A program made the translations under genes and the position numbers. A stretch of DNA of 64,000 nucleotides from Lama guanicoe (lineage: Eukaryota), in assembly GCA_013239625.1 (NCBI GenBank), contig MU054400.1, forward strand, positions 479,146 through 543,145, written 5' to 3'. The notes beneath the pieces are model-generated. The model saw nothing but the letters and a program-made list of their open reading frames with translations, was not told the origin of the DNA and made no database searches. Numbering within the stretch: the stretch's first letter is position 1; every line of letters begins with the position of its first letter. Of the stretch, positions 1 through 14,562 are shown piece after piece.

Positions 1-36
1 GTGATTAATTTTTTAATTTTTTTATATCAAGGTTCA

Positions 37-282
<246 letters not shown>

Positions 283-724
283 CTAGATCATAACACAACA
301 CCCAAGGTAAAAACAAAACATGGATTAGCAACAGTTCTGCTGCAGCAGTTTAAACTGACAACTCTTTTTATTTTGTACTTTGGTTTACTGTCATTCATAA
401 CTAGATTACCAATTCCATTAACCGTGTGCTAGATCCTCTGGCCTGGGCAATATTCAAAGGATAAGCTATCTGAAGTCAGTGGCAGAATTTTACAATTCAG
501 ATGTCCCAAGTCACCAATCCCGCTCTTTAATAGTCTACTGGGCCATTTTACCCAGAAGCAAAATGATTATCACACACAATTTCCTGAATCAACATAATAC
601 CAGTTCTCAAAGCTCAATGGACCCATGCTTCCGTTTCCTTTTTCTGACAGAATGGGATGCCCTCCACATTCATGATAGAAATCTGTCTCCAGGACTTGCT
701 CTAGTTTATATACCATTAAAATAA

Positions 725-1385
725 TCATAAATCAAGTTGAGAAAACCGATCTCAAAAGGTTATATATGATTCCATTTACTATTCTCAAAATGAAAAATTA
801 TAATGGAAGAGATCAGTGGTTGCCAGGGGCTCTGACTGCAAGGGAAGGGTTTAACTATAAAAGTGTAGCACGGGGGAGTTCCTTTGGGGGTGATGAACAG
901 TTCTGTATCTTGACTGTGGTGGTTACGTAAGTCAACACATAAGATGAAAGTGGTGGTTACATAACACGAGATGAAATTTCACAGAACTATTCATGTCCTA
1001 CCTCAAAAATGAATGCATGTTAAAAACCAGTGAAATCTAAATCAGGATTGTATTTGGGTTAATAATTCTGTACCGATGTCAATTTCCTGGCTTTGATAAT
1101 TGTATAATGGTTATGTAATGATAACATCATCATTGGGGGATGCAGGGGAAAAGAGTACAGGAACTCTGATCTCTTTTTGCAACTTCTTTTTGGCCCTTTT
1201 TTTTTTAAATGTTTTCTTTATTTTCTAGTGGGGGTAATTAGATTTACTTATTTTTTAGATGCAGATACTGGGGATTGAATCCAGGGCCTCATGCGTACTA
1301 GGCACGCACTCTACCACTGAGCTATACCCTCCCCCTGTTTTTGCAACGTCTTTGTGAATCTAAAAACAAATTTATTTTTAAGTTT
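725..1385 (+). mobile_element. Old L1M (L1MC/MD-like) 3'-end fragment interrupted by a SINE
   Basis: 'tatatgattccattta...gatcagtggttgccagggg...aatgtc/aatttcctgg' L1M 3' motifs. Confidence 0.7.
1190..1337 (-). mobile_element. tRNA-derived SINE (camelid Vic-1-like)
   Basis: Reverse complement gggggagggtatagctcagtggtagagtgcg...ggattcaatcccag (A and B boxes); A-rich tail; 16-bp TSD tttttgcaac(t/g)tcttt at 1174-1189 and 1338-1353. Confidence 0.88.
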
Positions 1386-2090
1386 TTAAAAAGCAAGCAG
1401 AAGACTAGGAAGTGGGCAGCTATGGCTATTATGCAATGTCCCAGCAGATACTACAGACCAGCCATCCCAACCATGGAATCTAAAGTACCAATTTATCATT
1501 TATAGGGACTCAAACAATGGAGAGAGAGATCCACTCATCAGCCCGTGGGTCTTCTCCATGCTCAGCAGGATCACCAAGTGCCCAGGCCAACATTTCAGTA
1601 GCATCACAACACATTCTCAAGGCCTGAGACCTCAACCTTGTGCCTGTGTCCCTGGTGCTTAAACAGCGAGGTTATGATTGCAAATACACATCGTGAAGAC
1701 ACTGTTGCTCTTCTCCTATTGGAGTTCCACCTCAGATCATATGGTAGCTAGACGTCCCAAGCTGGTAAGGCACACACTGTCTCTCTCCTACACAGGGATT
1801 ATTACATCTTAAAATTTTCAGTGAGGTTTTCTGAAGGAGGCTTAAAGACAGTCTCATTTATCCAAAGGATGCAAAGAGCATAATCACCCTGGGGAAAGGA
1901 GATAACTTTTGAGATGCCGAAAAGATGTTTTGTTGATGTAGAATTTAAATATGTGTCTGGAAAACAAATACAGTGTATATGGTTTTCGGAGTGGTGAACC
2001 CGTACTTGGTTACTGAAGTGTGAGGACCAAGACATGCTGATTTGGGAACGGCCCCAGGGCTTGAACAAAGGCACTTTTCTGAGCACTCAC

Positions 2091-2258
2091 CTGTCCCTGC
2101 ATGTTCATGATCACCACTGTGTTTGATCTGTTGCAAACCACAAAGTGCTCTGGGTTTTTAGGAAGCAGGATCACACTGTTGACAGTGATGTCTGTCCCTG
2201 CAGTGCTGCCCAAGGATTTAAAGGTATTTGAACATTCTGTGGTCTTCATGTTCCAAAT
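2091..2258 (-). CDS. SMU1: SMU1 exon 10, WD40 ([56 protein letters not shown])
   Basis: 168 nt, gtag| and |gtgagt. Confidence 0.98.
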
Positions 2259-4188
2259 CTACAATACAAAAATTTAAGGCATAAACATTGGGGGGGACAT
2301 TTAACAATTTCTAAAATTTTAGAGTTGAAAAGTAAGTTACTAAAATTAAAAAAGAAAAAAAACTTCAGGAAAAAAAAGCTTCTTATAGTCCAAACACCTG
2401 GCACTGCAATATATTACATAAGAACTCCCATATTTCCTGATTAATTGGTATAAATAAAATAAAAGCCAAAAAGCTAAATAATAAAACACTTAATGAAATC
2501 TATGATCTTTTCCTACAAAATTTTCCTTGACTAACATAACAGTCTTTTAAGTTTATCTTTAAAATTAGTACGTATCAACACTGCTACTGTCATAAACAAC
2601 CAAAATGCTACCTTATCTGGCCACCAAAACCAAGTGAGGGTTTGTTTTGTTTTGTTTTTCCAGATTTACATGCTCAGGACCCTATCCTGAGATTCAGATT
2701 TAGTAGGTCTGGGGTGAGACATAGGTTTGTGCATTTTTAAAAGCTCCACAAATGATTCTCACGTATATATTGTACTAACCACTGAACAGAAGTCATAATG
2801 TTAACAAACACACACACACACATGAGGATCCATGAAGTGGAAGCTACTCTTGGCCACCTATATTACCTCCCCAGTTCAACATCTCTTCTGCTAATAGTTC
2901 TCCACCCTAATGCTTTTCACTTTGCCCCTCTGAGCCATTATGAACTGAAGGGGTTAAACCAGACATCATAGTTACTGAAATCTGAGATGTGCTTAGAGAC
3001 GGGATGGACCAAATATTGCCTGGCATTGTCTAGACACCATTCAGTGAGGTGTAACCTCAAAGGCATGGACTACTGTGCTGCTGTGCCTTCAACAAAGCCC
3101 ATCACAAATGTTGAATAAATATCTATAAACAGCAAATCATTGCCCCACTAGTGCCAATATTTATTTGCTTCATAAATACTGTATCATTTGCCCCAATCTC
3201 CTCTCCAAAGCCCAACTGCCTAGAACAGAAATTAACATTTCTTCCAGGGATCAAGAGTTCTAAGGCTAGATTCTAGAGTTTTCTGTCCAAAAGGTCAGTG
3301 AGATGCTTTACGCCATTCACTGCAGAGCTAAAGGAAAAGACCACAAAACCAAGAGGCCTACACAATCCACCCCAATGGCATTTTACAGGTGGTGAGGCCC
3401 ACAAACATAGCATAAAGGGCAAATCCCATGACTAAACCACTAACAGCTCTGTTATTTCCCCTGTCTATCCTGAGAAAGAGTATATCTCGTACCTTCAGGT
3501 TTCTGGTTCAATTCCCAAGCCAGAACAAGCCATCTGAGAAGGTGGTCTGACTATTAGAGATCTGTGTTAGACTGTTTAGGTCTTCTGCCAGAGAGCCCTC
3601 GCTTACGTAAGGCAATTTAAAAGCAGGTCCAGAACGTAAATGGAGTCTCTTAAAGATCTCCAGCAATTTTCTATTTGGATTTCCCATCTTTTCTAGGAAA
3701 TGAGGCCCTCTCAAAATAATTACATCTCTTAAGGTACTAAAGATCCATTACTTTCAGCTGAGAGCTGAAGGCACTAAGTATCTGAGCAAGGACTTAGTTC
3801 TACTCTACACCCCTCCTGTTCTTCTGTAAATGCTGCTAGAAAGGCCCTAAATGTGGGGGCCAGGGGTGCGGTGAGGCTGTGCAATAAAAAAGAGACCTAT
3901 TTATTCAACCACTGAGCCCTTTGTGAATTTGAGTGTGGATCATACTTATGGCAAGATAGAATTTAACCACTGCAAATGGGGTCACATTTAGAACTCCACA
4001 TCTCTCCTCTTCTCCTACACATGACAGACTCTATAGGTCTGATTTTGTAGGTTTGAGATTTGAGGTCCCTAGGTCACTAGGAACTGCCCACAGAATATTA
4101 CTACTATCATAGACTCACCTCAGTTATGGCTAAAATGCGAGTAAAGAGTTTTACCCACCACAATTATCATAACCACCACTGGAAACTA

Positions 4189-4404
<216 letters not shown>

Positions 4405-4929
4405 TTAATATTCTACATTTTATGGTTGGGAACAAGTGTTGAAAGCATTTTAGATGAATTATAGAAGCTCATGTTATAGTAAGTGAAGAAAGAAGGCTAT
4501 GCAATTATGTATGAAGTATTATTTTCATGTCAAACAAACAAAACCAAAACAAGTTTTGCACAGAGTGGAAGAAAATACGCCAATGATACCACAATTCTGT
4601 TCAGCAACAGACTTCTAGGTCTCAGCTGGGTCCCAGGAATCTGTATTTGTCACATGCCCTGTAAGGTGACTCTGTTGCAGATGGGTCCATAGACCATACT
4701 TTGAATATGAAACACTGCTAAACCCCCTTTCTAATCTCTCTTCTGGGTAAAGACCCAAATGGACAAAACAAAAGCACTGTTATCAGCTGTACTTCTGGGA
4801 AATGAAATCTCACTTATCCTCACTGTCCATCTAAGAACATCCTGGTGAAAACATAAGGAATCATTAGTCCTCCCTCTGGGGCTTCATCATATCAAACCCA
4901 AATGAGGGCAGTTTGGGGATTCTTACTTA

Positions 4930-5088
<159 letters not shown>

Positions 5089-5434
5089 TTACAGTGTCCA
5101 ACACACTACCCTACAGAGCCAAGCAAGAAGCAACACTCACTAATGTAATAAAAACAGTATTAAAAATGCATCCTAATAGCTGAATGTGGTATGTCTGGTC
5201 CACACAGTACAATGGTAACTTGAATCCTTTGAAATTTAAATCTCTTTCCTTTTAAATTATTAAAACAGAAATTTAGACTCTTAAGTTCACTTAGCAGAGA
5301 CCACTTCTGTATTTTATCTAACCCAGGGCATTTTACCAGCAATTAAATACAAGGCACAGCTAATCAGCTACTAATCACTTGCAGACCATTCCATCCCCTA
5401 AAAAACCCAAACACAACACACCATGTAAGGTGAG

Positions 5435-5610
5435 CTATGGTGGCAGAGCAGAAAGGGCCAAGCAGATCTGGACAGAAGTCCCAGAGACATCACCAACTGT
5501 GTGACTTTAAACAAATTATTGGACCTCCCTAGGCAGAGTTGTTAGGCTTAAATAAGAAAACGTAAAGTGACTGGCATCAAGCTGACGCTCAATAAAGACT
5601 AGCTGTTATT
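5435..5610 (+). mobile_element. MIR SINE fragment
   Basis: 'caactgtgtgacttt...ctcaataaagactagctgttatt'. Confidence 0.55.
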
Positions 5611-7676
5611 AAGCTAAAAAGCATATGTAGAAGGGGCTTCAAGATGGTGAAATAGAAGGATGCAGAGCTCACCTCCTCCCACAAACACATCAAAAATACA
5701 TCCACATGTGGAACAATCTTCACAGAATATCTACTGAATCCTGGCAGATCTTATGCTAGCAAAGTTACAAGAGGAATCTCCACGTTACTGGGCAGGACAA
5801 AAAAAAGAAAAAAAGAAAAATAATTGGGATGGGACCTGCGCCCCAGGGAGGGAGCTGTGAAAGAGTAAAGGTTCCCTCACCCTGAGAAACCCCTTCACCA
5901 GCAGGGAGATCAGCCGGAACAGAAAGGGAGCTTCAGAGGCTCAGAAAGCACAGCAGCAGCTTCACAACAGGGAGAATAGAGAGAAACCAGCGCAGGAGAT
6001 CCAGGACATCTCGCTGCGCTCCTCAACCCGGACACCAGCCTGCTGGTGCATGCAGGAGCTGGTACTGAAACTCAAGCTTCAGAGAACAGACCCAGGGAAA
6101 GAACTGGGGTTGGCTGTGTGGAGACAGCCTGAAGGGGCTAGAATGGGTACAGGCTGAAACTGGGAGTGTGTGCAAATGAGCCGGGTCTGCCATAAAACCC
6201 CCCACTGTTAGCATGCTGAAGGGAGGAGCAGGACCCTGCTGTAGCGGTCTCCTTCTCGGCTTGCTCTCTAGGCCAGGGGTGGCTCTGCCTCTGGGAGCTC
6301 TGGTAGGGCTGGCAGATGGCCCCCAGGCAGAGGTAGGGCTGAGATCTGAGCCCATTCCCAGGGGCCAGCAACTTCCAGGGGGAGCTGAGGTCTGAGCCCT
6401 GTCCCAGGTGGTTTCGGCAGATTTGTGCTAACGATGTGTTTGTGGGCTTGATGCTTGCAAGAAATTCAAGTGAAGGGCTGCTGAGCAGCTAGGGCAGGCC
6501 CAGCATTAATAGCAAGCATACACATGGTGGCAGGGCTGGGGTCCTGGCTGACCCTGAGCCCACTGCAGATCCAGGTGGGATATTATGGCAGGTCTGAGTG
6601 CCTGACTTCAACAGATCTGCCCTGGTGGTTTTGTTGAACAGTGCATGAGCGACACCAGGGCAGGCTGCCTGCATCCCCACAGCTGAATCAGGGCCGAGAG
6701 AGGTGCCAACAACCCTGTACTTTATGAGTCTGCACACGGGTGACAGGCGACATCACAGAGGGCACTTCCCAGCAGACATCCCCTGCGGAGGAATACTCAG
6801 TGGCTCTTCTCCCAGCAGAAGCACTCCAGCCCCACCTACCACACACAGCAGCTCAGAGAGGAATCTGGGGGCATACACTTCAACAACTGGGGAGCAGACC
6901 CAGTCCCCAACAGGGCTGTGACAACCACAGAGCAAAGAGGAGGCCCTAATCAACATCCAGTGCAGGCTCTGGTCACCACAACACCAATCACACCCCCTAT
7001 AAGGGGATAACAGCCAACACACATGAAGGAAAGATGTGGCAGCCATCCACACTAAAAACAGCCCTCTCATCAAAAATATTAGACACACACAGAGTACACA
7101 AGGACACTCCCACATAAAAACAGTCCTTCAAGATGTCAGTAGATAACTGTTACCCCTAAATTGAGTCAGACAAGTAAGTAAAATGAAGAAGCAGAGGAAC
7201 CACTCCCAATTGAAAGAACAAGAGAAACCCCCTGAAAAAACAATGAAATAGACCTCTCCAGACTACCAGAACTTAAGTTCAAAAAGGAGGTAATAAAAAT
7301 ACTGATGGAATTAAGAAAGGCAAATGACTGTAAAAGGAACTACAAACTATAAAGGGGAGCCAATTAAAATCAGAAAACTCAATTGCTGCAAAATGAAAGC
7401 AGAGCTAAAAGCAATAAATAGCAGACTGAATAATGCAAAAAAAACCAGTAAGTGATCTGGAAGACAGAATAATGGAATCCACCAAATGAGAACAGCAGAT
7501 AGAAAAACAAATGGAAAAAACTAAAATGAAGCAATAGAAGAAACCTATGGGATAATATAAAGAGTACCAATCTATGCATAACAGGGGTCCTCTAAGGAGA
7601 AAAAAGAGAAAAGTGGATTGAAAATGTACTGAAGAAATAATTGAACAGACCAATCACTAGAAGTAAAATACAATCT

Positions 7677-7718
7677 GTAGTAGTAGCAGTAGTAGTAGTA
7701 ATAATAATAATAATAAAA
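7677..7718. repeat. (TAG)n(TAA)n microsatellite inside L1 ORF2
   Basis: Read directly. Confidence 0.9.
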
Positions 7719-9529
7719 ACTCCCTGCAAACAAAAGTCCAGGACTGGTTGGATTCACTGGGGAATTCTACAAGACGCACAAACAACTTACACCAATCCTC
7801 AAACTCTTCCAAAAGACTAAAGAGGAGGGAACACTCCCAAACTCATTCCACGAAGCCACCCACCATCACCCTGATACCAAAACCAAACAAAGAAACTACC
7901 AAAAAAGAAAATTACAGGCCAATATCTTTGATGAGCATAGATGAAAAATTCTCAACAAGATATTAGCAAATCAAATCCAACAATACATAAAAAAGATCAT
8001 ACACTGCAATTAAGTTGGATTCATCCCAGGGACACAAAGATTGTTCAACACATACAAATAAATCAGTGTGATACACATCAACAAAAGAAAGGACAAAAAG
8101 CCATATGATCATCTCAACAGATGTAGAAAAAGCATTTAATAAAACTCAACATCTATTCATGATAAAAACTCTTATATAGAGGGAACATATCTCAACATAA
8201 TAAAAGCTATTTACGACAAACCCACAGCCAACATAATACTGAACAGCGAAAAGCTGAAAGCCTTCCCACTAAAATCTGGAACAAGACAAGAATGCCCACT
8301 CTCACCACTTCCATTCAACGTAGTATTGGAAGTCCTAGCCACAGCAATCAGACAAGCAAAAGAAATAAAAAGGATCCAAATTGGAAGGGAAGACGTAAAA
8401 CTGTAACTTATGTAAATGGCATGATACTATACATAGAAAACCCTAAAGACTCCACACAAAAACTACTAGAGCTGATAAACCAATTCAGCAAGGTAGCACG
8501 ATACAAGATTAACATACAGAAATTTCTTGCATTTCTTTACACTAAGAATGAAATATCAGAAAAGTAAAGTAAAAATACAATCCCTTTTAAAATCACATCA
8601 AATACTTAGGAATAAATCTGACCAACGAGGTGAAAGATTTATATACAGAGAACTATAAAACATTGATTAAGGAAATTGAAGATGACTTAAAAAAATGGAA
8701 ATATATCCGATGCTCTTGGATTAGAAGAATATTGTTAAAGTGGTCATACTACCCAAAGCAATCTACAGATTTAATATGGCCCCTATCAAATTACCTGAAC
8801 ATTTTTTATATAATTAGAATAAATAATCCTAAAATTTGTATGGAATCACAGAAGAACCAGAAGTGCCAAAGCAATACTGAAGAAAAAGAATAAAGCTGGA
8901 GGAATAACCCTCCCAAACATCAGACTGATGTCTGAAGCTACAGTAATCAAAACAAAGCTACAGTAATCAAAACAGCATGGTACTGGCATAAAGATATATA
9001 GATCAATGCGAGAACAGAGAGCCAGAGATAAATCCACACACCTATGGTCAATTGATCTTCAACAAAGGAGGCAAGAAGATACAATGGAGAAAAGACAGTC
9101 TCTTCAGCAAGTGGTGCTGGGAAAGCTGGACAGCCACACATAAATCAATGAAGTTGAAACACTCCATACCATACACAAAATAAATTCAAAATGGTTTAAA
9201 GACTTAAATATAAGACAAGACACCATAAATCTCCTAGAATAGACCACAGGCAAGATATTCTCTGGCATAATAAATTGTAGCAGTGTTTTTCTAGGTCAGT
9301 CAGCCAAGGCAATAGAAATAAGAGCAAAAATTAACAAATGGGACCTAATTAAACTTACAAGCTTTTCCACAGCAAAGGAAACCACAAACGAAACTAAGAG
9401 ACAACCTACGGAATGGGAGACAGTATCTGCAAACAATGAGACTGACGAAGGCTTAAATTCCAGAATATACAAACAGCTCATACAACTCAGTAACAAAAAA
9501 CCAACCAACCCAATCAAAAAATGGGCAAA

Positions 9530-10345
9530 ATATTATTCAGCCATAAAGAGAAATGAAATACTGATACAAGCTACAACATGGGTGGACCATGACAACACTA
9601 TGCTAAGTGAAATAAGCCAGGCATGAAAGACTGCATATTGTATGATTTCATGTATCTCCAGAATAGGCCAATCCATAGAGACAGGAAGTAGATTAGTGAT
9701 TGCCAGGGGTTAGGGGGATGGAGAAAGTGGGAGGGTGACCGCTTTGCGAGTGATGAAAATTTTCTAAAATTTGACAGTAGTGCTGGTTGTACAATTCTGT
9801 AAATATACTAAAAACTGCTGAGTTGTACATTTTAAAAGAGTGAATTTTATGGTAGGTGAATTATATCCCAATAAAGCTATTATTAAAATGGAAAAAAAGA
9901 TGAACAGATAAGCAAATTATAGTATATTCATATTATGGAAATATAACTTAACATTAAAAATGAACAGACACTGAAATAGATAAACACATGGATGAATCTC
10001 AAATACATGCTGAGCTTAAGAACCCAGACACACAAGAGTGTGCACCTTCATATTCCATTAATCTGAGTCTCTAAAGAACAAATCTAATCTGTAGTGACAG
10101 ACTGCACAGCAATGGCTGCTTGGGGCTGGGGCTGGGGTAACTGACTGGAATAGAGCACGAGGGAATGTTTGGGGCTGATGGAAGTATTTTTTATTGTTAT
10201 TGTGGTGGTGGCTACATAGGTGTATAAATCTGTCAAAATTCATCCAAATGTTAAGTTTAAAGTAGTTGCATTTTGTTACATGCAATCTATCCCTCAATAC
10301 AGTTGACTTTTGGAAAAGAATAAAACTTCTTCAAATGTGGGGAAA
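9530..10345 (+). mobile_element. Two tandem ancient L1M-type (L1MB/L1MC-like) 3'-end fragments embedded in the younger L1
   Basis: Motifs such as 'agacaggaagtagattagtgattgccagggg...aataaagct' and 'catggatgaatctc...ggtggctacataggtgtata...ctcaatacagttga'. Confidence 0.75.
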
Positions 10346-11310
10346 AAAGGGGACAGAAGACCTAAACAGACATTTTCCAATGAAGACATACAGATGACCA
10401 ATAGGCACATGAAAAGATGCTCAGTATCACTAATTATTAGAGAAATGCAAATCAAAACTACAATGGGACATCACCTCACACCAGTCAGAATGGCCATGAC
10501 TAAAAACTCCACAAATGATAAATGCTAGAGAGGGTGTGGAGAAAAGGGAACCCCCCACACTGTTGGTGGGAATGTAGTTTGGTGTAGCCACTATGGAAAA
10601 CAGTATGGAGATTCCTTATAAAACTAAAATTAAACTTACCGTATTATCCAGCAATCCTACTTTTGGGCATATGTCCAGAGAAAACTCTAATTCAAAAAGA
10701 TTTATGTACCCCAATATTCATAGCAGCACTATTTACAGTAGCAAAGACATGGAAATAACCTAAATGTCCATCAACAGATGATTACATAAAGAAGTTGTGG
10801 TATATTTATACAATGGACTACTACTCAGTCATAAAAAAGAATAATAGTGCTGTTTGCAGCAACACGGATGAGCCTAAACATCATCATTCTAAGTGAAGTA
10901 AGCCAGAAAGAGAAAGAAAAATGCCACATGAATCCAAAAAAAATGACACAAATGAACTTATCTGCAAAACAGAAACAGATTCACAGCATAGAAAACAAAC
11001 CTATGGTAACCAAGGGGAAATGGGGAGGAGGGATAAATTGAGAGTTTGGGATTTGCAGATACTAACTACTATATATAAAATAGATAAACAAGGTCCTAAT
11101 AGTGCAGGGAACTATATTCAATATCTTGTAGCAACCTGTAAGGAAAAAGTATATATACACATCTGAATCACTAGTAGTTAGTAGAGACTAACACAACATT
11201 GTGAATCGACTATACTTCTATTAAAAAAAAAAACAAAAGCGTATGTAGGACACTAAGTCATTACAGAATTCTCAGAATGTCTACATACAAGAGTTCATGC
11301 CACTAATTCA

Positions 11311-11430
<120 letters not shown>

Positions 11431-12754
11431 CTAGAGGGAAACAATGATAAGCAGTTATCAAAATAACACAAGAAAGCCAGTCACCCTAGATCTCTACAAA
11501 CTCACTGAAAGCAAGATAATGGATTGTGCCTACCCTAAATCTCCAACGAAAACAGTAGTGTCATTCACAGTATCCTAATTAACAACTGATAATTCTGGGA
11601 ATAACTTTTTACACAATTCAAATATTTAAAAAAATACAAACAAAATAGCCTACATCTTTAGCTTACTGATCCTTTCTAAGCAAAATTTCCCTACGGTTTC
11701 ATACTGTACATCTTTAATAAATCTAAATGTATTTATTTAAAGGGTATGATGTGAGAAACTACTGTGTTTTCCCTATTGTCAGTTACCTTTCCTAAAACCA
11801 TGTATTGACTAAACTATTTATTTTTTTCCTTCTATCATCCATTACTGCTCATATTGAAATATCTTTATTTTTGTCTAATTATAAAGTGAGATGGCTTCAT
11901 GGTTAAAAAACAAAAGGCAAACTATAAAAAAATATACAAAGTAGAAAGTAAAAAATCACTCATAAATCCACTTCCCATGGATTAATATTTTATAATAAAG
12001 ACTACATTTTAAATCAGTGGTTAGTCAACAGGTAGTTATTTGGGAAAAAGTTAAGTTGAATCTACACCAACTTTACTGGCCTAAACAAATGCCAGATGGA
12101 TCAAAAATTAAACATTAAAAGAAACGTAAAAGTACCAGAAGAAACTGGTAGAAAAGATGGATAAATGTGATGATACAAAAAACTGTTAAGTGTATAAAGC
12201 AAAATCACATGTTAAGTCAAGAGACAAAAGTCAAAACTGAAAAATGTTTGCAATATATATTATAACGTTGATTTCCTCAAATGATTAAGAGCTCCTACAA
12301 ATCAGTAAGAAGCAATCCAAAAGAGAATTGGGTAAAGGATATGAACAGACTTCATAGAACAAGAAATAGTGCTGACTTTTCACATATGAAAACATATTCA
12401 TTCTTTCAGGAATTCATTTATAATGAACTTCATAATGAGAGAAACACAATTAGTACTACAATAAGGTTAAACTGGAAATAATGAGTAATTGCTTACATAT
12501 GCACAAAGAATATTCCATAAAGGCTACTTAATAAACTGGTAACCCTCGCTGGACCAAGGAAAGGAACTGACTGGCTGAGGGACAAGAGGAGGGAACAAGA
12601 CTCTTTACTGAATTACTGTTTTATTTTATAAAGCTTTATGAGATGTGCATATTACCCATTTTAAAAATAAATTTAAATTGTAATAATAGATAATTTAAAA
12701 ACAGTAATAGATAATGCTCCCACTAGAGAAGTTAATATATTTAAAATACTTTAC

Positions 12755-12874
12755 CTTCCTGATTTTTCCAGTTGTAAAGTTCCATACTTCAATGAATCCA
12801 TCAACAGACCCAGTGACCAGATACTGACCATCTGGAGAAAATCGAGCACACTCCACATGTGATTTCTGACCAAA
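12755..12874 (-). CDS. SMU1: SMU1 exon 6, WD40 ([40 protein letters not shown])
   Basis: 120 nt, acag| and |gtaaag. Confidence 0.98.
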
Positions 12875-13897
12875 CTGTTTCAAATGAAACAATGAAACAG
12901 ATGTACTTTTATCTAGTGGCCTTAAAACAATTCCCATTTTAACCTTTTGAGAGCTCTGCCCTAGCATAAAGCCATAGCTAGCCTATATTACGGAGTTCTG
13001 AAGGAGTATTTCTGTCCCCAGACATAGGGAGATGGTAGGTATAAATTTTCTCTGACAAGCTTTTTGTCTAAGCTCTCCATTGAAACTAGCTTTTTTTAAA
13101 ATGACGTTAGTATTTCCAAAGAAAAGCAAAAGAAATAAGCAAAAGCAAGGGATTTAGAATAATCCTATTAACTCAAACAATAAATTTTTACCAAAATCAG
13201 CCACTATTAGCATAACTTTCACATTCAATTTAATATGGCTCAATATGATGTTTTTGGGTTTTTTTTGCATCTGGGGAAAAAATTCATTTTTTCAAAATAA
13301 ATGGTTATTTTCCTATACTATTTTATAAACAAATTTTCCATCACTGTTTCTTTCCATGATCTTCATTTAATCACCTGATAATGTGTGGCTGACTAACTCT
13401 AGGAGAACTAATCAGAGCTGAAATATTGCCTGCAAAATATATCCTGAGCATTAAACAGCAATGATTCTTCTAATAACAGATGAAAACTATAGAACATTAG
13501 GCACATGAGAACAGAGAAAAGCTCTATTATGAGTTTCATTTTAAATGCCAAAAAATGAAGTGTTTATAACAGAAAATCTTAGTACATCAGCATAATTATA
13601 ATGGATTTCTATTTGTCTCAAAGCTTTAGCCAGGATAAATAAAAGCACTGCTCAAAAATATCTTTACATGCAAGTCAGAACACATAATCCAGAAAAAACA
13701 AATTCAAAACATTAAGCCAGTCAAAGATTTGAGGAATATGAAATATCTCAAAATCTATAAATTCAATCAGAGCACAAATCCAGAGAGAAACTGTAATATA
13801 AAGGAGATGCTGAAGTAGCAAATATAGTGGTAATTTTGGGAACTGCATCAATTAGTTCATTGTGCTTGTTTCTAGAAAAGTCTCAGAAGGAAAAAAA

Positions 13898-13993
13898 GGG
13901 AGGTGGCAAATATAGTTCAGTGGTAGAGCACACACTCAACATGCACGAGGTCCTGGGTTCAATCCCCAGTACCCCCATTAACAGGAAAAAAAC
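13898..13993 (+). mobile_element. tRNA-derived SINE (Vic-1-like)
   Basis: tagttcagtggtagagc...gaggtcctgggttcaatccccagtacc plus A tail. Confidence 0.85.
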
Positions 13994-14415
13994 CCAAGAA
14001 CCAAACATTAAGACTGTAAAATTATTTTCCTCGAACACTACTCAAGCCCACTTTACAATCCATGCCTGGTACTTGCCCTAATACATAGCAGGGCAAAAAC
14101 ACAACTGTTGAACAGGACAAACAAAAAGTTCATAGTTCTTAATCTCAGGCTTAACCAAAAAGCTAATAAGCATTTTTCCAAATGCCAGGAATCCTGGGAG
14201 GAAGTCCATGAGATGATGGGCCAGATGTCAAATGTCTAAGTCCACTTGGTAATATATGAGGTATGCCACTGCCAGGCCACAGGGGAACCTCAGTGGTCAC
14301 TAGCAACAACCCTGAATGTTGTCTGAGCTGGCGAATGAGTTCTGCTCCCCAACCCAAGCTCCTAGCACTGAGCAAGCATATGCTGAGACCCCACCAAATG
14401 ATTACCAACTGGCTA

Positions 14416-14562
<147 letters not shown>

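Larger units (their letters stand above)
5631..11234 (+). mobile_element. LINE-1 with both ends, internally deleted and degenerate, antisense in SMU1 intron 7
   Basis: 5'UTR starting ggggcttcaagatgg; ORF1 start near 7183; RT-type remnants ([55 protein letters not shown]); 3'UTR and A tail; 14-bp TSD aaaagcatatgtag (5617-5630) and aaaagcgtatgtag (11235-11248). Confidence 0.95.

Noticed and set aside
13905..13975. tRNA-like sequences (also near 1265, 16330 and 39380)
   Set aside because: Diverged stems, A-rich tails and TSDs mark them as SINEs, not tRNA genes.
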